Shown: positions 54,403 through 64,000, numbered from the stretch's first letter. The stretch: DNA of 64,000 nucleotides from Candidatus Hydrogenedentota bacterium (GCA_045863335.1 BTVY01000012.1:32001-96000), one strand, 5' to 3'. Notes: a model not told the origin generated them from the letters alone. Made by a program: numbers and translations.

Positions 54403-56349
54403 TCACTTTACCTGCACCATCAGGTCCGCCACCAGCTTCGCGAACTGGCCGGGGTTCGGCGGCTGATTGCCTTCGGCCAAGGCTGCCTGACCGTAAAGCA
54501 ATTGGGCATAATCACTTAGGCGTGTATCCGTTGGATCGGCGGTGTAGATAGTCTTTAACTTCTTCAGAATCGGGTGGTTCGGGTTTAACTCCAAGATGCG
54601 CTTGGTCTTAGGAACGTCCTGGTTCGCCGCGCGCATGAGCTGTTCCAACTGGGGGCTCATGTCGAACTGGTCGCCGACGAGGCAGGCCGCCGAACTGGTC
54701 AGACGCTTGGACAGACGGACCTCTTTGACGTGCTCGTCGAGCTTTTGCTTGAGGCATTCCAGCAGAGACTTGTGTTCTTCCTGCTTGGTCTTGAGTTCTT
54801 CCTCGGCCTTCTTCCGCTCTTCCTCGCTCCCGAGTTCGACAGTCCCTTTGCCGACGGACTGGAAGCGTTTTCCGTCGAACTCGAACATGGACTGAGTCCA
54901 CAGCTCGTCGACGTTATCCGTGAGGATGAGCACCTCGTAGCCTTTGTCGCGGAATGCTTCGAGGTGCGGCGAGCTTTCGATGGCCGCGCGCGATTCGCCG
55001 GTCATGAAGTAAATGCATTCCTGGTCTTCCTTCATGCGGTCCTTGTAGGCGCGCAGGGTGGTCAACTCGGCAGAATCGTTCGTGGACGCGAACAACACAA
55101 GATCAAGGAGCGACTCGCGGTTTTCGTTGTCCTGGTAAAGCCCTTCCTTGAGCACCTGCCCGAACTCGTTCCAGAACGCGAGGTACTTGTCATTATCGGA
55201 TTCGCGGAGCTTCTTGAAGGAGTCCAGGAGTTTGTTGACGACCCCTTTGCGGATGCGCTGGATCTGGCGGTTCTGCTGGAGGATCTCGCGCGAAATATTC
55301 AACGAGAGATCTTCGGAATCGACGACGCCTTTCACGAAGCGCAGATACTCCGGCAACAACTCCTTGCAGTCGTCCATGATGAAGACGCGCTTCACGTAGA
55401 GCTGAATGCCCCGGCGGCCGTCGCGCATGTAGAGATCGAAGGGCGCGCGGGACGGGATGAAGAGGAGCATCTGGTATTCGAGCGTACCCTCAATCTTGGC
55501 GCGGATGGTTTCCAGCGGCGGCGTCCAGTCGTGGGAGACGTGTTTGTAAAACTCGTTGTATTCCTCTTCCGTAACTTCGTCCTTGTCGCGAAGCCAGATG
55601 GCCTTCATCGAATTCAAGGTTTCGATCTCGACAACCGTTTCCTCTTTCGCGCCTTCGATGGGTTTGCCCTCGTCATCGCGCGGGACGCGGGTTCGCGTAA
55701 TTTCCATCTTGATGGGATAGGCCACGAAATCGCTGTATTTCTTGACGATCTCGCGAATCTTCCATTCCTCGGTGTAGTCGTGGAGGCCGTCTTCGGAGTC
55801 CACGGACTTGAGGTGGAGGGTCACCGCGGTCCCGGCTTCCGGCACGTCGACTTCTTCAAGCGTATACGTCCCCTCGCCCGCGGATTCCCAGCGGACGCCC
55901 GCGGTTTCCCCGGCGTGGCGCGTGACCAGGGTGACCTTGTCGGCCACCATGAAGGACGAGTAGAACCCGACGCCGAACTGTCCGATCAGCTCCGGCGATT
56001 CGGCCTCCTTCGCCTGCTTCAGGACGGACATGAATTCGCGCGTGCCGGACTTCGCGATGGTGCCAATCAGGTCGATCACGTCCTGCCGCGTCATGCCGAT
56101 CCCCGTGTCGCGCACGGTCAAGGTCCGCGCTTCGGGATCGGGCTCGATTTCGATGTAGAGTTCCGTTCCCTCGGGCATGAGGTGCGGCTCGGTCAAGGAC
56201 TGAAACCGGCGACGGTCCAACGCGTCGGATGCGTTGGAGATGAGTTCCCGCAGGAAGATGTCCTTGTTCGAATAGATCGAGTGGACCATGAGATCCAGGA
56301 GTTGCCGGGCTTCCGCCTGAAACTCAAAGGTCTCTACTGTCGCGCTCAT
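54403..56349 (-). CDS. htpG: Molecular chaperone HtpG (Hsp90)
   Basis: FQAE, IFLRELISNASDA, DTGIGM, GTIAKSG, IGQFGVGFYS and LNISREILQ motifs. Confidence 0.99.
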   Translation of the reverse strand: MSATVETFEFQAEARQLLDLMVHSIYSNKDIFLRELISNASDALDRRRFQSLTEPHLMPEGTELYIEIEPDPEARTLTVRDTGIGMTRQDVIDLIGTIAKSGTREFMSVLKQAKEAESPELIGQFGVGFYSSFMVADKVTLVTRHAGETAGVRWESAGEGTYTLEEVDVPEAGTAVTLHLKSVDSEDGLHDYTEEWKIREIVKKYSDFVAYPIKMEITRTRVPRDDEGKPIEGAKEETVVEIETLNSMKAIWLRDKDEVTEEEYNEFYKHVSHDWTPPLETIRAKIEGTLEYQMLLFIPSRAPFDLYMRDGRRGIQLYVKRVFIMDDCKELLPEYLRFVKGVVDSEDLSLNISREILQQNRQIQRIRKGVVNKLLDSFKKLRESDNDKYLAFWNEFGQVLKEGLYQDNENRESLLDLVLFASTNDSAELTTLRAYKDRMKEDQECIYFMTGESRAAIESSPHLEAFRDKGYEVLILTDNVDELWTQSMFEFDGKRFQSVGKGTVELGSEEERKKAEEELKTKQEEHKSLLECLKQKLDEHVKEVRLSKRLTSSAACLVGDQFDMSPQLEQLMRAANQDVPKTKRILELNPNHPILKKLKTIYTADPTDTRLSDYAQLLYGQAALAEGNQPPNPGQFAKLVADLMVQVK

Positions 56350-56645
56350 GATTCGTATCCTCCGTTTCCTTAGACAGTTGGTATCGCGCACGCCCGAGAG
56401 CGATTTGCTGGTTGGATGGCGAGCGGCCGAATCGTCTGCCGTGCCCGATAGACAGGCCCAGACCGAGTTTCATCGACAGCCCGAAGGGCGCTATTTTAAT
56501 CAATATCCGCTCGTAAGGGAAGATACCGAGGCGCCGGCCAGGTCCGTCAACCTTTGGCGCCGGTAAGGCGTTGGCGCAACAGGGATCGCCGTGTGCCGCG
56601 AGCGCGTGGTATAGTGGTGCGATGCGCCCAAACGACAGGTCCAAC

Positions 56646-57500
56646 ATGCGAAACTTGATGGTATATCTTTTCGTCGCAGCCGCGATGGCGTTGATACTGC
56701 CCGGTTGCGGACAATCCGTGCAGCCCGCGGGCGAAGTCGCGCTTGCCGCGACCAAGGAAGCGCCGCAGCCCGCACCAGACGTTGCGACGCCGGAGGCCGC
56801 CGACCCCATCGAGTCGCTGAACGACAAACTCGAATCTCTCGGGGCGAAGGTCGTGGCGGACCCGACGGACGGTGCGGTGGAATCCGGACAGGACTACGAG
56901 TCGCTGGCAGCCGAGGTTTCTGAACTGCGCGCGGAGGTAAAGCGGTTGCAGGAAACCATCGACCTCACGATCTCCTATGTCGTGGGCGATCTGCAGGAAG
57001 AGAACCGCCGCCTTCGGGAAGAGATCGCCCGCGTCTATAGCGCAACGCCCGGCGCCGCCGACGGAAGCGGAGATATCGTGTATCTCAGTCCTGAGTCCAT
57101 GGCTCCACCGGACCCTGCTGCCGACGATTCGGCCCCGCAGCCCGCCGTCGATTTCGGCGACAAGGGTTATGCCATCGTCAAGGAATGGGGCCGTTCCCCG
57201 GAGGAAGTGTCTGCCCTCGGGAAGGGGATTCCCTCGCTCAAGGGGATGATCGGCGTGGTGCCAGCCAACCTGAGCGACGAGGGACTTTCCGAGATCGGCC
57301 GGGCCATTCACGCCGAGTTCGATGCCTACGACAACATGGTCATCGAAGTCTTCGACAACGAGACCGCCGCCAAGGCATACGCGGAGACCAACGTCCGCTC
57401 GGCGCAGCACAACGTGTTGAGCATTCAGAAGGACGGCGCGTCCGGACGCGATCATATTCTGCTGAACCGCAACGGAGTCTCCATCGCCGTGCCGCGCTAA
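56646..57500 (+). CDS. Hypothetical lipoprotein with coiled coil
   Basis: Lipobox LPGC; heptad segment LAAEVSELRAEVKRLQ; acidic linker. Confidence 0.7.
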   Translation: MRNLMVYLFVAAAMALILPGCGQSVQPAGEVALAATKEAPQPAPDVATPEAADPIESLNDKLESLGAKVVADPTDGAVESGQDYESLAAEVSELRAEVKRLQETIDLTISYVVGDLQEENRRLREEIARVYSATPGAADGSGDIVYLSPESMAPPDPAADDSAPQPAVDFGDKGYAIVKEWGRSPEEVSALGKGIPSLKGMIGVVPANLSDEGLSEIGRAIHAEFDAYDNMVIEVFDNETAAKAYAETNVRSAQHNVLSIQKDGASGRDHILLNRNGVSIAVPR

Positions 57501-57514
57501 GGTCACGCGGAGAA

Positions 57515-57544
57515 CACCCCCCTAATTCCCCCTTCAAAGGGGTG
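57515..57544. repeat. C-rich palindromic repeat unit
   Basis: cacccccctaattcccccttcaaaggggtg. Confidence 0.5.
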
Positions 57545-57622
57545 CAGTTCTGAAAATACCGGTCACGCACTCCGATAATAGCAATATAGTTGTAAGGATT
57601 TGGCCAATTTCTGTAGGCACAA

Positions 57623-57834
57623 TGGGTCGGGCTTTCAGCCCTATGGACAAAAGACGCTCCCTTTCCTGGGCCTGCGGCCCAGGCTGGTATTGAACGGGCC
57701 GTTGGCCCTCCAGAAAGTTTCCTTTTGACATGAGGGAAATGACGTTTGCGCCAACGGCGCGCTCTATACCAGCATGGGGCACCGCCCCATGAAAACGGGG
57801 ATCCCTGAATATGAAGGGCTGAAAGTCCGATCCA
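57623..57834. repeat. Composite palindromic element with the same architecture as 34394-34616
   Basis: tcgggctttcagccct, cctgggcctgcggcccagg, gggccgttggccc, gcgccaacggcgc, catggggcaccgccccatg, agggctgaaagtccga. Confidence 0.8.
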
Positions 57835-57938
57835 CGTTCCACCGATAGATGGGTCAGAAAACACCTTGACGCTGGGTGCATTTCGAACGGTGCTGCAAAA
57901 CATCACCCCTCTTGCGCGTGATTTCCAGGGGAATCACC

Positions 57939-58463
57939 CTACTCTTCTTCCAACGTGTAAATCTCGGGGAGGTTCCGGTAGCGCTCGTCGTGGTCGAGCC
58001 CGTACCCGACGACGAACCGGTCTTCGATCGTGATGCCGATGTACTGGGCGTCTACGGGCACCACGCGCCGCGACGGTTTATCCAGCAGCACACACAACTC
58101 CAGTGATGCGGGGTCGTGTTCGTTCAGGGTTTTCATGATCGCCGAAGTTGTACGACCGGTATCGAGGATATCCTCGATGACGAGCACCGACTTGCCCCGT
58201 AACGGTTGTTCCGGCAGCACGGGGAGCAGCACGTCGCCGAGGGAGTCGATTCCGTCGTAGCTTTTCGCGCGGATGTATTCGACCGCGAGCGGCAGGGAGA
58301 TTCGTCGCATCAGATCGGATGCGAATATCGTCCCCCCTTTTAACACGACCACCATGACGAGGGTGTCGCAGTTCCGGTAACGCTCGGAAATTTCCGCAGC
58401 GAGCCGTGTCACCGCAGCCTGGATTTGGGTCTCCGCAATAAGTGGCTCGCTACTCCGGCGCAT
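57939..58463 (-). CDS. hpt: Hypoxanthine phosphoribosyltransferase
   Basis: VLKG, SY, VIEDILDTG.T, LLDK and FVVGYGLD motifs. Confidence 0.97.
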   Translation of the reverse strand: MRRSSEPLIAETQIQAAVTRLAAEISERYRNCDTLVMVVVLKGGTIFASDLMRRISLPLAVEYIRAKSYDGIDSLGDVLLPVLPEQPLRGKSVLVIEDILDTGRTTSAIMKTLNEHDPASLELCVLLDKPSRRVVPVDAQYIGITIEDRFVVGYGLDHDERYRNLPEIYTLEEE

Positions 58464-59826
58464 TCAAAACCTCTACCTCCGTCAAACGTTCGGAGTGTTT
58501 TGTGACAGCGAACTCCGCTCCGATGGCATAGCCGACGACCCATGCGATGCGTCCCGCGCTCAACAGCAAGGGGATGCAGTCACGATCCATTGCGGGAACG
58601 CCCGCGTCCACGAAATAATCTTTCACCTTCTTGGTACCGCCGACGCCCATGGGCGAGAATCGGTCGCCCGGTCGGCGGAAGCGCGCCGTCACTTCGTTGC
58701 CCAGGGCCGCGGCGTCAAATACCTGGCGCGCGGGCGTACAGTACTGTGCCAAGGGTTCCTCGGGCATGCGCTCCAGAACGCGAACGCGAAAGACTGATCC
58801 AAAGGCCTTAGTCTCGCCGGGGCAGGCCAGCGCGATCTCGCGCTCGTCCGTTGCCGCATCGCCGCGCACGACATCCGTGCGGTCGCGCGCGTTTCGCAGC
58901 AAGACGCCACCGCCGAGATCAAAAGCACGGCCTACGGGGCCTTCCATCACAAAGGCCCGGGCCGCTTCGACCCGGTCGAAGGGACACTCCACGCCGAAAC
59001 GCCATGCAATTGCAACAATGGCCCGGCGCTGGCACGCGACCATGCCACGAGCGAAGGCGCCGCGGTTGATCCGCCCCGCTTCGAAACAGCGATTCAGGAA
59101 CTCCGCGGCGGCATCGTCCAGCAGTTCGTTCTCCGCACGCTGCACTTCCGCCAGCCGCGTGAGCGCATCGCTGAGCCGGGGGTTGTATTCCGAGGTCAGC
59201 GAAGGAATGAGTTCGTGGCGAATCCGGTTGCGCAGATACCGGGTATCGGTGTTGGAATGATCGATGCGATGCGCGATGCCGCGCGAGTCGAGAAAGGCGA
59301 CAATCTCGGCGCGGGTGCAGTCGATCAGCGGTCGAATGATTCGTGTCCTCCCGGACTTGCGCACCGGCGGAATTCCGGCGAGGCCTCCTGGCGACGTGCC
59401 CCGCAACACGCGCATGAGCACGGTCTCCGCTTGATCGTCGGCATGGTGGCCGGTCGCGATAAGGGCACATCCGGTTTCTTCAGCGACTTCAGACAGAAAT
59501 TGGTACCGCACCCGGCGCGCATACTCCTCGAAGGACAGAGGAGATGATTCCGCCTCCGCTTCGACGGCGCGGCTTTCCGCGTGGAGTCGCACATCCAAGT
59601 GCTCGCAAAGGTCCGCGACAAACTCCGCGTCCGCGGCGCTGGCGCCTTCGCGGGTCTGGTGATCGAGATGGGCCGCCTCCACAGTGTGGCCAAGTTCGCG
59701 GAGCACATGGAGCAGACAAACGGAATCCGCGCCTCCCGACACCGCTACGAGGATGCGGTCGCCGGGTTCCGCCATGCGGTGCGCCCGCATCGTTTCGCGC
59801 ACGCGTTCGAGGAGCGAGTCGGTCAC
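58450..59826 (-). CDS. tilS: tRNA(Ile)-lysidine synthetase
   Basis: AVSGGADS, R..RY, TGHHADDQAET, RPL, RNRIR and a TilS C-terminal domain. Confidence 0.97.
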   Translation of the reverse strand: MTDSLLERVRETMRAHRMAEPGDRILVAVSGGADSVCLLHVLRELGHTVEAAHLDHQTREGASAADAEFVADLCEHLDVRLHAESRAVEAEAESSPLSFEEYARRVRYQFLSEVAEETGCALIATGHHADDQAETVLMRVLRGTSPGGLAGIPPVRKSGRTRIIRPLIDCTRAEIVAFLDSRGIAHRIDHSNTDTRYLRNRIRHELIPSLTSEYNPRLSDALTRLAEVQRAENELLDDAAAEFLNRCFEAGRINRGAFARGMVACQRRAIVAIAWRFGVECPFDRVEAARAFVMEGPVGRAFDLGGGVLLRNARDRTDVVRGDAATDEREIALACPGETKAFGSVFRVRVLERMPEEPLAQYCTPARQVFDAAALGNEVTARFRRPGDRFSPMGVGGTKKVKDYFVDAGVPAMDRDCIPLLLSAGRIAWVVGYAIGAEFAVTKHSERLTEVEVLNAPE

Positions 59827-59847
59827 GGTTGTATCCCCCCGCGATGG

Positions 59848-60735
59848 CTATGGTGCGCCGGGGGCATTACGGAATCGTTCCTGAAGCTGCTTCCAGACCG
59901 CAAAGGATTGCCCGAGGTTCTGACGCGGATCGCCCGGGATCAAATAGCTCTGCAAGCCGACGGGTCCCTTGTAGCCCTGATCGAGGAAGGCCTTGAGCAC
60001 CGTGTAGTATTCGTCCATGTCCTCCTCCTCCAGGGGGCCGATGTCGTGGGGGCCTTCATCGCCATTGATGGACATGACGTACATCTTCGGCGTGAGCGCC
60101 TTGGCCACTTCTTCAATCGGCCGCTGGCGGTCGCCCAGCACCTTCCAGTGGTACAGGTTGAACGAGGTGCCGAAATTGGGCCGGTCGACTTTCTCCGCGA
60201 GACGGACGGTGTCTTCCGGCGTTTCCACCCACAAATTGATATGCGGGTACGGCGCAACCTTTACACCATACGGCGCGGCCATGTCGGCGATCTCCTGAAA
60301 GATGGGCACCGCCAACTCGTCGCCCGCGGGATCGGAGGGTTTGAATTGCTTGCTGTGCGTGTTGCACCAGAGGATTGTGCCGTGGTCTTTCAGCAAGGGC
60401 AACGCTTCTGCGAGGCCGGGGTTGTAGGGCTCTTCGCCCGGATCGATGCGCACGGCGAAATAGCTCGTGTAGAGCTTCAGCCCGTGCTTGTCCAGTACCG
60501 CGAGGGTTTCGGCGAGATTATCGAGTTCCCGATTGTCGAATCCGTCCAAGCCGATGTCCGCGAGGATCTGGACCTGCTCCGCGATGGACTCCGGCCCGTC
60601 GACCTCCATGCTGTTCTTGTAAGCGAAGAGCGGATTATCGAGCGCATCCGCGAACGTCGGTTCCGCCATGAATAGCACCCCCACCAGAACAAGGCATGCA
60701 CGTTTCAGCATTGGGCCTTTTGTGAGTCTGCTCAT
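59848..60735 (-). CDS. Exported sugar phosphate isomerase/epimerase-like TIM barrel
   Basis: APYPH, SFNLYHW, SING and GYKGPVGLQ motifs; signal-like N-terminus. Confidence 0.8.
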   Translation of the reverse strand: MSRLTKGPMLKRACLVLVGVLFMAEPTFADALDNPLFAYKNSMEVDGPESIAEQVQILADIGLDGFDNRELDNLAETLAVLDKHGLKLYTSYFAVRIDPGEEPYNPGLAEALPLLKDHGTILWCNTHSKQFKPSDPAGDELAVPIFQEIADMAAPYGVKVAPYPHINLWVETPEDTVRLAEKVDRPNFGTSFNLYHWKVLGDRQRPIEEVAKALTPKMYVMSINGDEGPHDIGPLEEEDMDEYYTVLKAFLDQGYKGPVGLQSYLIPGDPRQNLGQSFAVWKQLQERFRNAPGAP

Positions 60736-60876
60736 TTGTAATCCCTCGTTCATTCGGGCTATCACCAGATGGAGAATCGTGCGTGCCGTCCGGCGTATGA
60801 TGGCGCATACGCTTTTGCTCCAGAATCGAGCGTAGTCGAATGAATCCAAGCGTTCAAGCGAGAGGGAGAAGTTCAC

Positions 60877-62808
60877 ATGACCGTGATCCGGCACATCGTA
60901 CCATTCCTGTCAATCGCCGCCTGCGCGTTTGTCGCCCATGCTGACCTTCGGGTCACCGCCGTCGAGACGCCCGAAGGATGGACCGCGGTCGTACACGACG
61001 GAGAGCAGATCGTGTTTGATTCGGCGGAGAGCGCGACGCATCTCACCGCCACGATCGCGACGGAGGACGGTCCGGTTACCCGCGCAGTTTCGTTCGCCAC
61101 GTACTCCGAGCAGGACCACACGTTCTCCGACGGCGTAGTGCCCGATCTCAGCATCAAAGAAAGCTACCGTTTTCTCGCGCCGGGGCTCATCGAGCGCACC
61201 GTTACCGTGCAGGCACATGCCGACATGCGCTATTTCCTGGATTTCGGCTGGCGCGTGAACGTAAACGGCGACTTCCATTCCTTCACGGGAAAAGAGGAAG
61301 TGTCTGCCTCGTACAGTCCCGGGTGCTCCGGGCCCGAGTTCGGCGGCGGCTCCTTGCAGACCTTTCCCTTCCTCGGATGCCTTTTAGGAGACACGCTGTA
61401 CGGCATCATCGGCGATACGCCGGGTCATTGGGAGAATCGTTCGTTCATGGCCTTTGACCTCGAAAGGCGCGCGTTCTCTCTGGCAAACGGGGACGGATCG
61501 GCGAGCCGCGTGATTTCCATTCCTCGAGAATTGGATGCCACGACGGTCTACCGGGCCGAATTCGACGGCTGGCAGCACATTGAGGCCGGCGAGGTGCAGT
61601 CCTTTACCACCTGGATTCTTGCGTCGCCCGCCCAGTCGCACTACGACGTGCAACTGGCGGCCCATCTCGCACTCGCAAATGCGAAGGGATTCAACGCATC
61701 AGGTCTGGAAGCCATCCTTCGGAACACCTCGTATTTGCTCCTGCGCCGGAATTTGCTGCGGCCGGAAAGCGATTACATCTTCATATCCGGCGTGGGCTAC
61801 GGGTGGAAACAGTGGGTCACCGACGGGTTCTACATGAGCCGGGGTCTCAACGATCCCATGTACGACACGGCGGCCCAGGCGGCGGTCTTTTACGACCGCA
61901 TCAGTTACGAAGACAACGCGCAGTATTACCTCATCTGGTCGGCGCTGGCGAAACGGGCGGGCGGCGATATCGACATGCGCACCGTCGAACGCGCGTATCA
62001 CTTCATGCGGAACCATGAAGTCGACGGCCTTTTCTATCCGCCCCGCCTCAAACCCGATATCGACTGGATGAAAACCTACCATGACATGCTGCCTTACGAC
62101 GACGATGACGCGCCCTCTTCCAACCAGGGATTCCATTGCGGCGCGCTCATGGCGGCCCGGGAACTGGGCTTCCCCGTTACGGACGAAGACATCGAGAAAG
62201 CGAAGGCCGGATACCGCCGCATGTTCAACGCCGAAGGCGGCTACATGGCCACGAGCCTCAAGCAGCAGGACCACATCGGCCAGGATTCGCTGTACGGCGA
62301 AGTGCTCACGTACGCGGTGTTCGGCGAGAAACTGTTGCCGGACGACATCGTGAAGAAGCACATCGAGACGACGATGCGGATTCAGACGCCCTACGGCATG
62401 CGCGTGATTTCCGAGGCAAATGGAGACTTACTGCCCGACCACACGGGGGTCTACGTCTACGGTGGGTCCTGGTTCCTCAACGATGCTTGCGTCTACCTCG
62501 ACGGTCTCATTCACGGTATGGACCCGGACTGGATCGACGAAAAGCTGCTCTGGCGGCTCGAACGCGAGCTCGACGTCATGCCCGCGTTTCACGAATCCAT
62601 CAGTACGGTCGATGGCCATCCCCACGGCCATCACCTCTATTCCTGGAACTCGGGATTCTGGTGGCTGCGCCACGAAGTGCGTAAACACCTCGGTATGGAA
62701 GGAGCCGATCCACTGTCCGCCGCGCTGGACGAGAAACTCGGAATCGAGGCCGTGGATGGTATGCTGATGCTCGATCCGGCAATGTCGGGAAAGCGGCCGA
62801 ATTGGTAG
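60877..62808 (+). CDS. Secreted hypothetical protein, probable (alpha/alpha)6 glycosidase-like
   Basis: Signal peptide; beta-rich N-terminal half; W..DGF, Y.YGGSWFL.D and FHE motifs. Confidence 0.6.
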   Translation: MTVIRHIVPFLSIAACAFVAHADLRVTAVETPEGWTAVVHDGEQIVFDSAESATHLTATIATEDGPVTRAVSFATYSEQDHTFSDGVVPDLSIKESYRFLAPGLIERTVTVQAHADMRYFLDFGWRVNVNGDFHSFTGKEEVSASYSPGCSGPEFGGGSLQTFPFLGCLLGDTLYGIIGDTPGHWENRSFMAFDLERRAFSLANGDGSASRVISIPRELDATTVYRAEFDGWQHIEAGEVQSFTTWILASPAQSHYDVQLAAHLALANAKGFNASGLEAILRNTSYLLLRRNLLRPESDYIFISGVGYGWKQWVTDGFYMSRGLNDPMYDTAAQAAVFYDRISYEDNAQYYLIWSALAKRAGGDIDMRTVERAYHFMRNHEVDGLFYPPRLKPDIDWMKTYHDMLPYDDDDAPSSNQGFHCGALMAARELGFPVTDEDIEKAKAGYRRMFNAEGGYMATSLKQQDHIGQDSLYGEVLTYAVFGEKLLPDDIVKKHIETTMRIQTPYGMRVISEANGDLLPDHTGVYVYGGSWFLNDACVYLDGLIHGMDPDWIDEKLLWRLERELDVMPAFHESISTVDGHPHGHHLYSWNSGFWWLRHEVRKHLGMEGADPLSAALDEKLGIEAVDGMLMLDPAMSGKRPNW

Positions 62809-62835
62809 TTTCGGGTAAATCCCTTTTGGAGACAA

Positions 62836-63618
62836 ATGGTCATGACGTACAACCATCGAATACCGCTCCTCCTTGTTCTGGTCTCCTTCAGTCTCGTGGC
62901 ATCCATCGCGTCAGTGTCGGAAGACGCGCCCGAATACGTCGTGAAGCCGACGAGCACCGCACCCGAACTGGCCGGCCGCTGGGACAGTCCCGTGTGGGAG
63001 CAGGCGAATACGCTCGAAGTGACGCACTTCTTCCCCGCGGAACAGCACCCCGGCGTGAGCGATCACAAGCCTGAAACGAAGGCGCGGGTACTTTATGACG
63101 ACAAGGGGCTTTATATTCATTTTCTCGTCCACGACCAGTACGTGCGCTGCATCGAAACGGAGTACCACGGAAAGGTATGGGAAGACGCGGCCGTCGAGTT
63201 CTTCGTACAACCCAAGGCAGACCGCGGCTACTTCAATTTCGAGATCAACTGCGGCGGAACGATGCTGCTGTCGTACCACGAGAACCCCGACTACACCGGG
63301 CCCTCGCTGCGGGAAGGCGGAAGCGTGCCCTGGGAACTCGCGAAGGAAGTGACCATTTATCATTCCATGCCGGAAACCGTCGAACCGGAAATCACGGAAC
63401 CGGTGACGTGGCACATCGAGTTCCTCATTTCGTTCGCGCTCTTCGAGGAATACCTCGGACCCTTGGGCGAGTTGCCCGGCCAGGAATGGCGCGCCAACTT
63501 CTACAAGATCGCCACCAACAATTCCCACAACCACTACGGCGCCTGGTCGCCAATCCTCGAAGGCGCGAGTTTTCATGCGCCGCAGTTTTTCGGCGTATTG
63601 AAGTTCGGGGAAGAGTAG
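62836..63618 (+). CDS. Carbohydrate-binding family 9-like protein
   Basis: TKARVLYD...LYI.F, VWED.AVEFF, YFNFEIN, WRANFYK and FH.P..FG motifs. Confidence 0.88.
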   Translation: MVMTYNHRIPLLLVLVSFSLVASIASVSEDAPEYVVKPTSTAPELAGRWDSPVWEQANTLEVTHFFPAEQHPGVSDHKPETKARVLYDDKGLYIHFLVHDQYVRCIETEYHGKVWEDAAVEFFVQPKADRGYFNFEINCGGTMLLSYHENPDYTGPSLREGGSVPWELAKEVTIYHSMPETVEPEITEPVTWHIEFLISFALFEEYLGPLGELPGQEWRANFYKIATNNSHNHYGAWSPILEGASFHAPQFFGVLKFGEE

Positions 63619-63668
63619 AAACAAGCAGGTCCGCAGATGAGCAATTCTTTCGTCGCACCTCCGGGCGT

Positions 63669-64000
63669 TTACGACGCTTCGTCACCCACGTTCCGCACCA
63701 TATTGAAACGGCGGAAGAGGACGCCGTCGTAGTCGACTTCGTCCATACGATCCACGGTGAAGCCGTGACGTTCGAACACGGCTTTGGAGAGGAAACTCGC
63801 CTCCGTGTGGAACCGCCGGATGCCGCGCTTCTCGGCCTGGTTCATCACGTGCCGCAGCAGTTGCGAGGCGTACCCCATGCGATTGAATTCGGGGTGCACA
63901 TAGAGGGACGCAATATGCCCGTCGCCGTCGAAACCGCAAAACGCGACGGGGATATCTTCGACAGTCACCGCATACGTTTCCGGGCCGAAGACGAACTGCC
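63669..64000 (-). CDS. GNAT acetyltransferase (5' truncated by the window)
   Basis: LYVHP.F.RMGYAS.LL and EAS..S...FE..GF motifs; frame open to the window edge. Confidence 0.85.
   Translation of the reverse strand, partial: QFVFGPETYAVTVEDIPVAFCGFDGDGHIASLYVHPEFNRMGYASQLLRHVMNQAEKRGIRRFHTEASFLSKAVFERHGFTVDRMDEVDYDGVLFRRFNMVRNVGDEAS

Noticed and set aside
56400-56495. Hammerhead ribozyme or known riboswitch upstream of htpG
   Set aside because: The CUGAUGA core is absent (the sequence reads CUGUCGAUGAAAC) and I recognise no known aptamer consensus.
57539-57910. IS ends around the 57.6 kb repeat cluster (gggtgcagttc / gggtgcatttc)
   Set aside because: The match is short and imperfect, and no transposase remnant is recognisable.

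Overview
GC-rich bacterial chromosome segment of about 55 CDS, with no rRNA, tRNA, CRISPR array or integrase seen. The many secreted glycan-active proteins, DUF1573 and GxxExxY suggest a Hydrogenedentota/PVC-like organism (inference). Housekeeping genes: mreBCD, pepF, cyoE-SCO-DUF420, htpG, tilS-hpt, dprA. Main leads: (1) a peptidoglycan-sugar operon (GH1-fold protein, sugar kinase-MurQ fusion, SpoIID lipoprotein, AnmK-like kinase) in which the GH1 protein lacks its catalytic nucleophile (ITENG->ITGNG) and both the GH1 and AnmK active sites are rewired; (2) an integrase-free, ~5.9 kb four-gene cassette (LolA-like protein, 12-Cys secreted protein, DUF1573 protein, carboxypeptidase-regulatory-repeat protein) between the functional htpG 3' end and a synonymously diverged 93-bp copy of it; (3) a GxxExxY nuclease gene bracketed by two ~100-nt hairpins, plus an orphan hairpin copy showing compensatory changes. 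Many REP-like palindrome families occupy the intergenic DNA. All family calls come from motif recognition by eye, not database searches.
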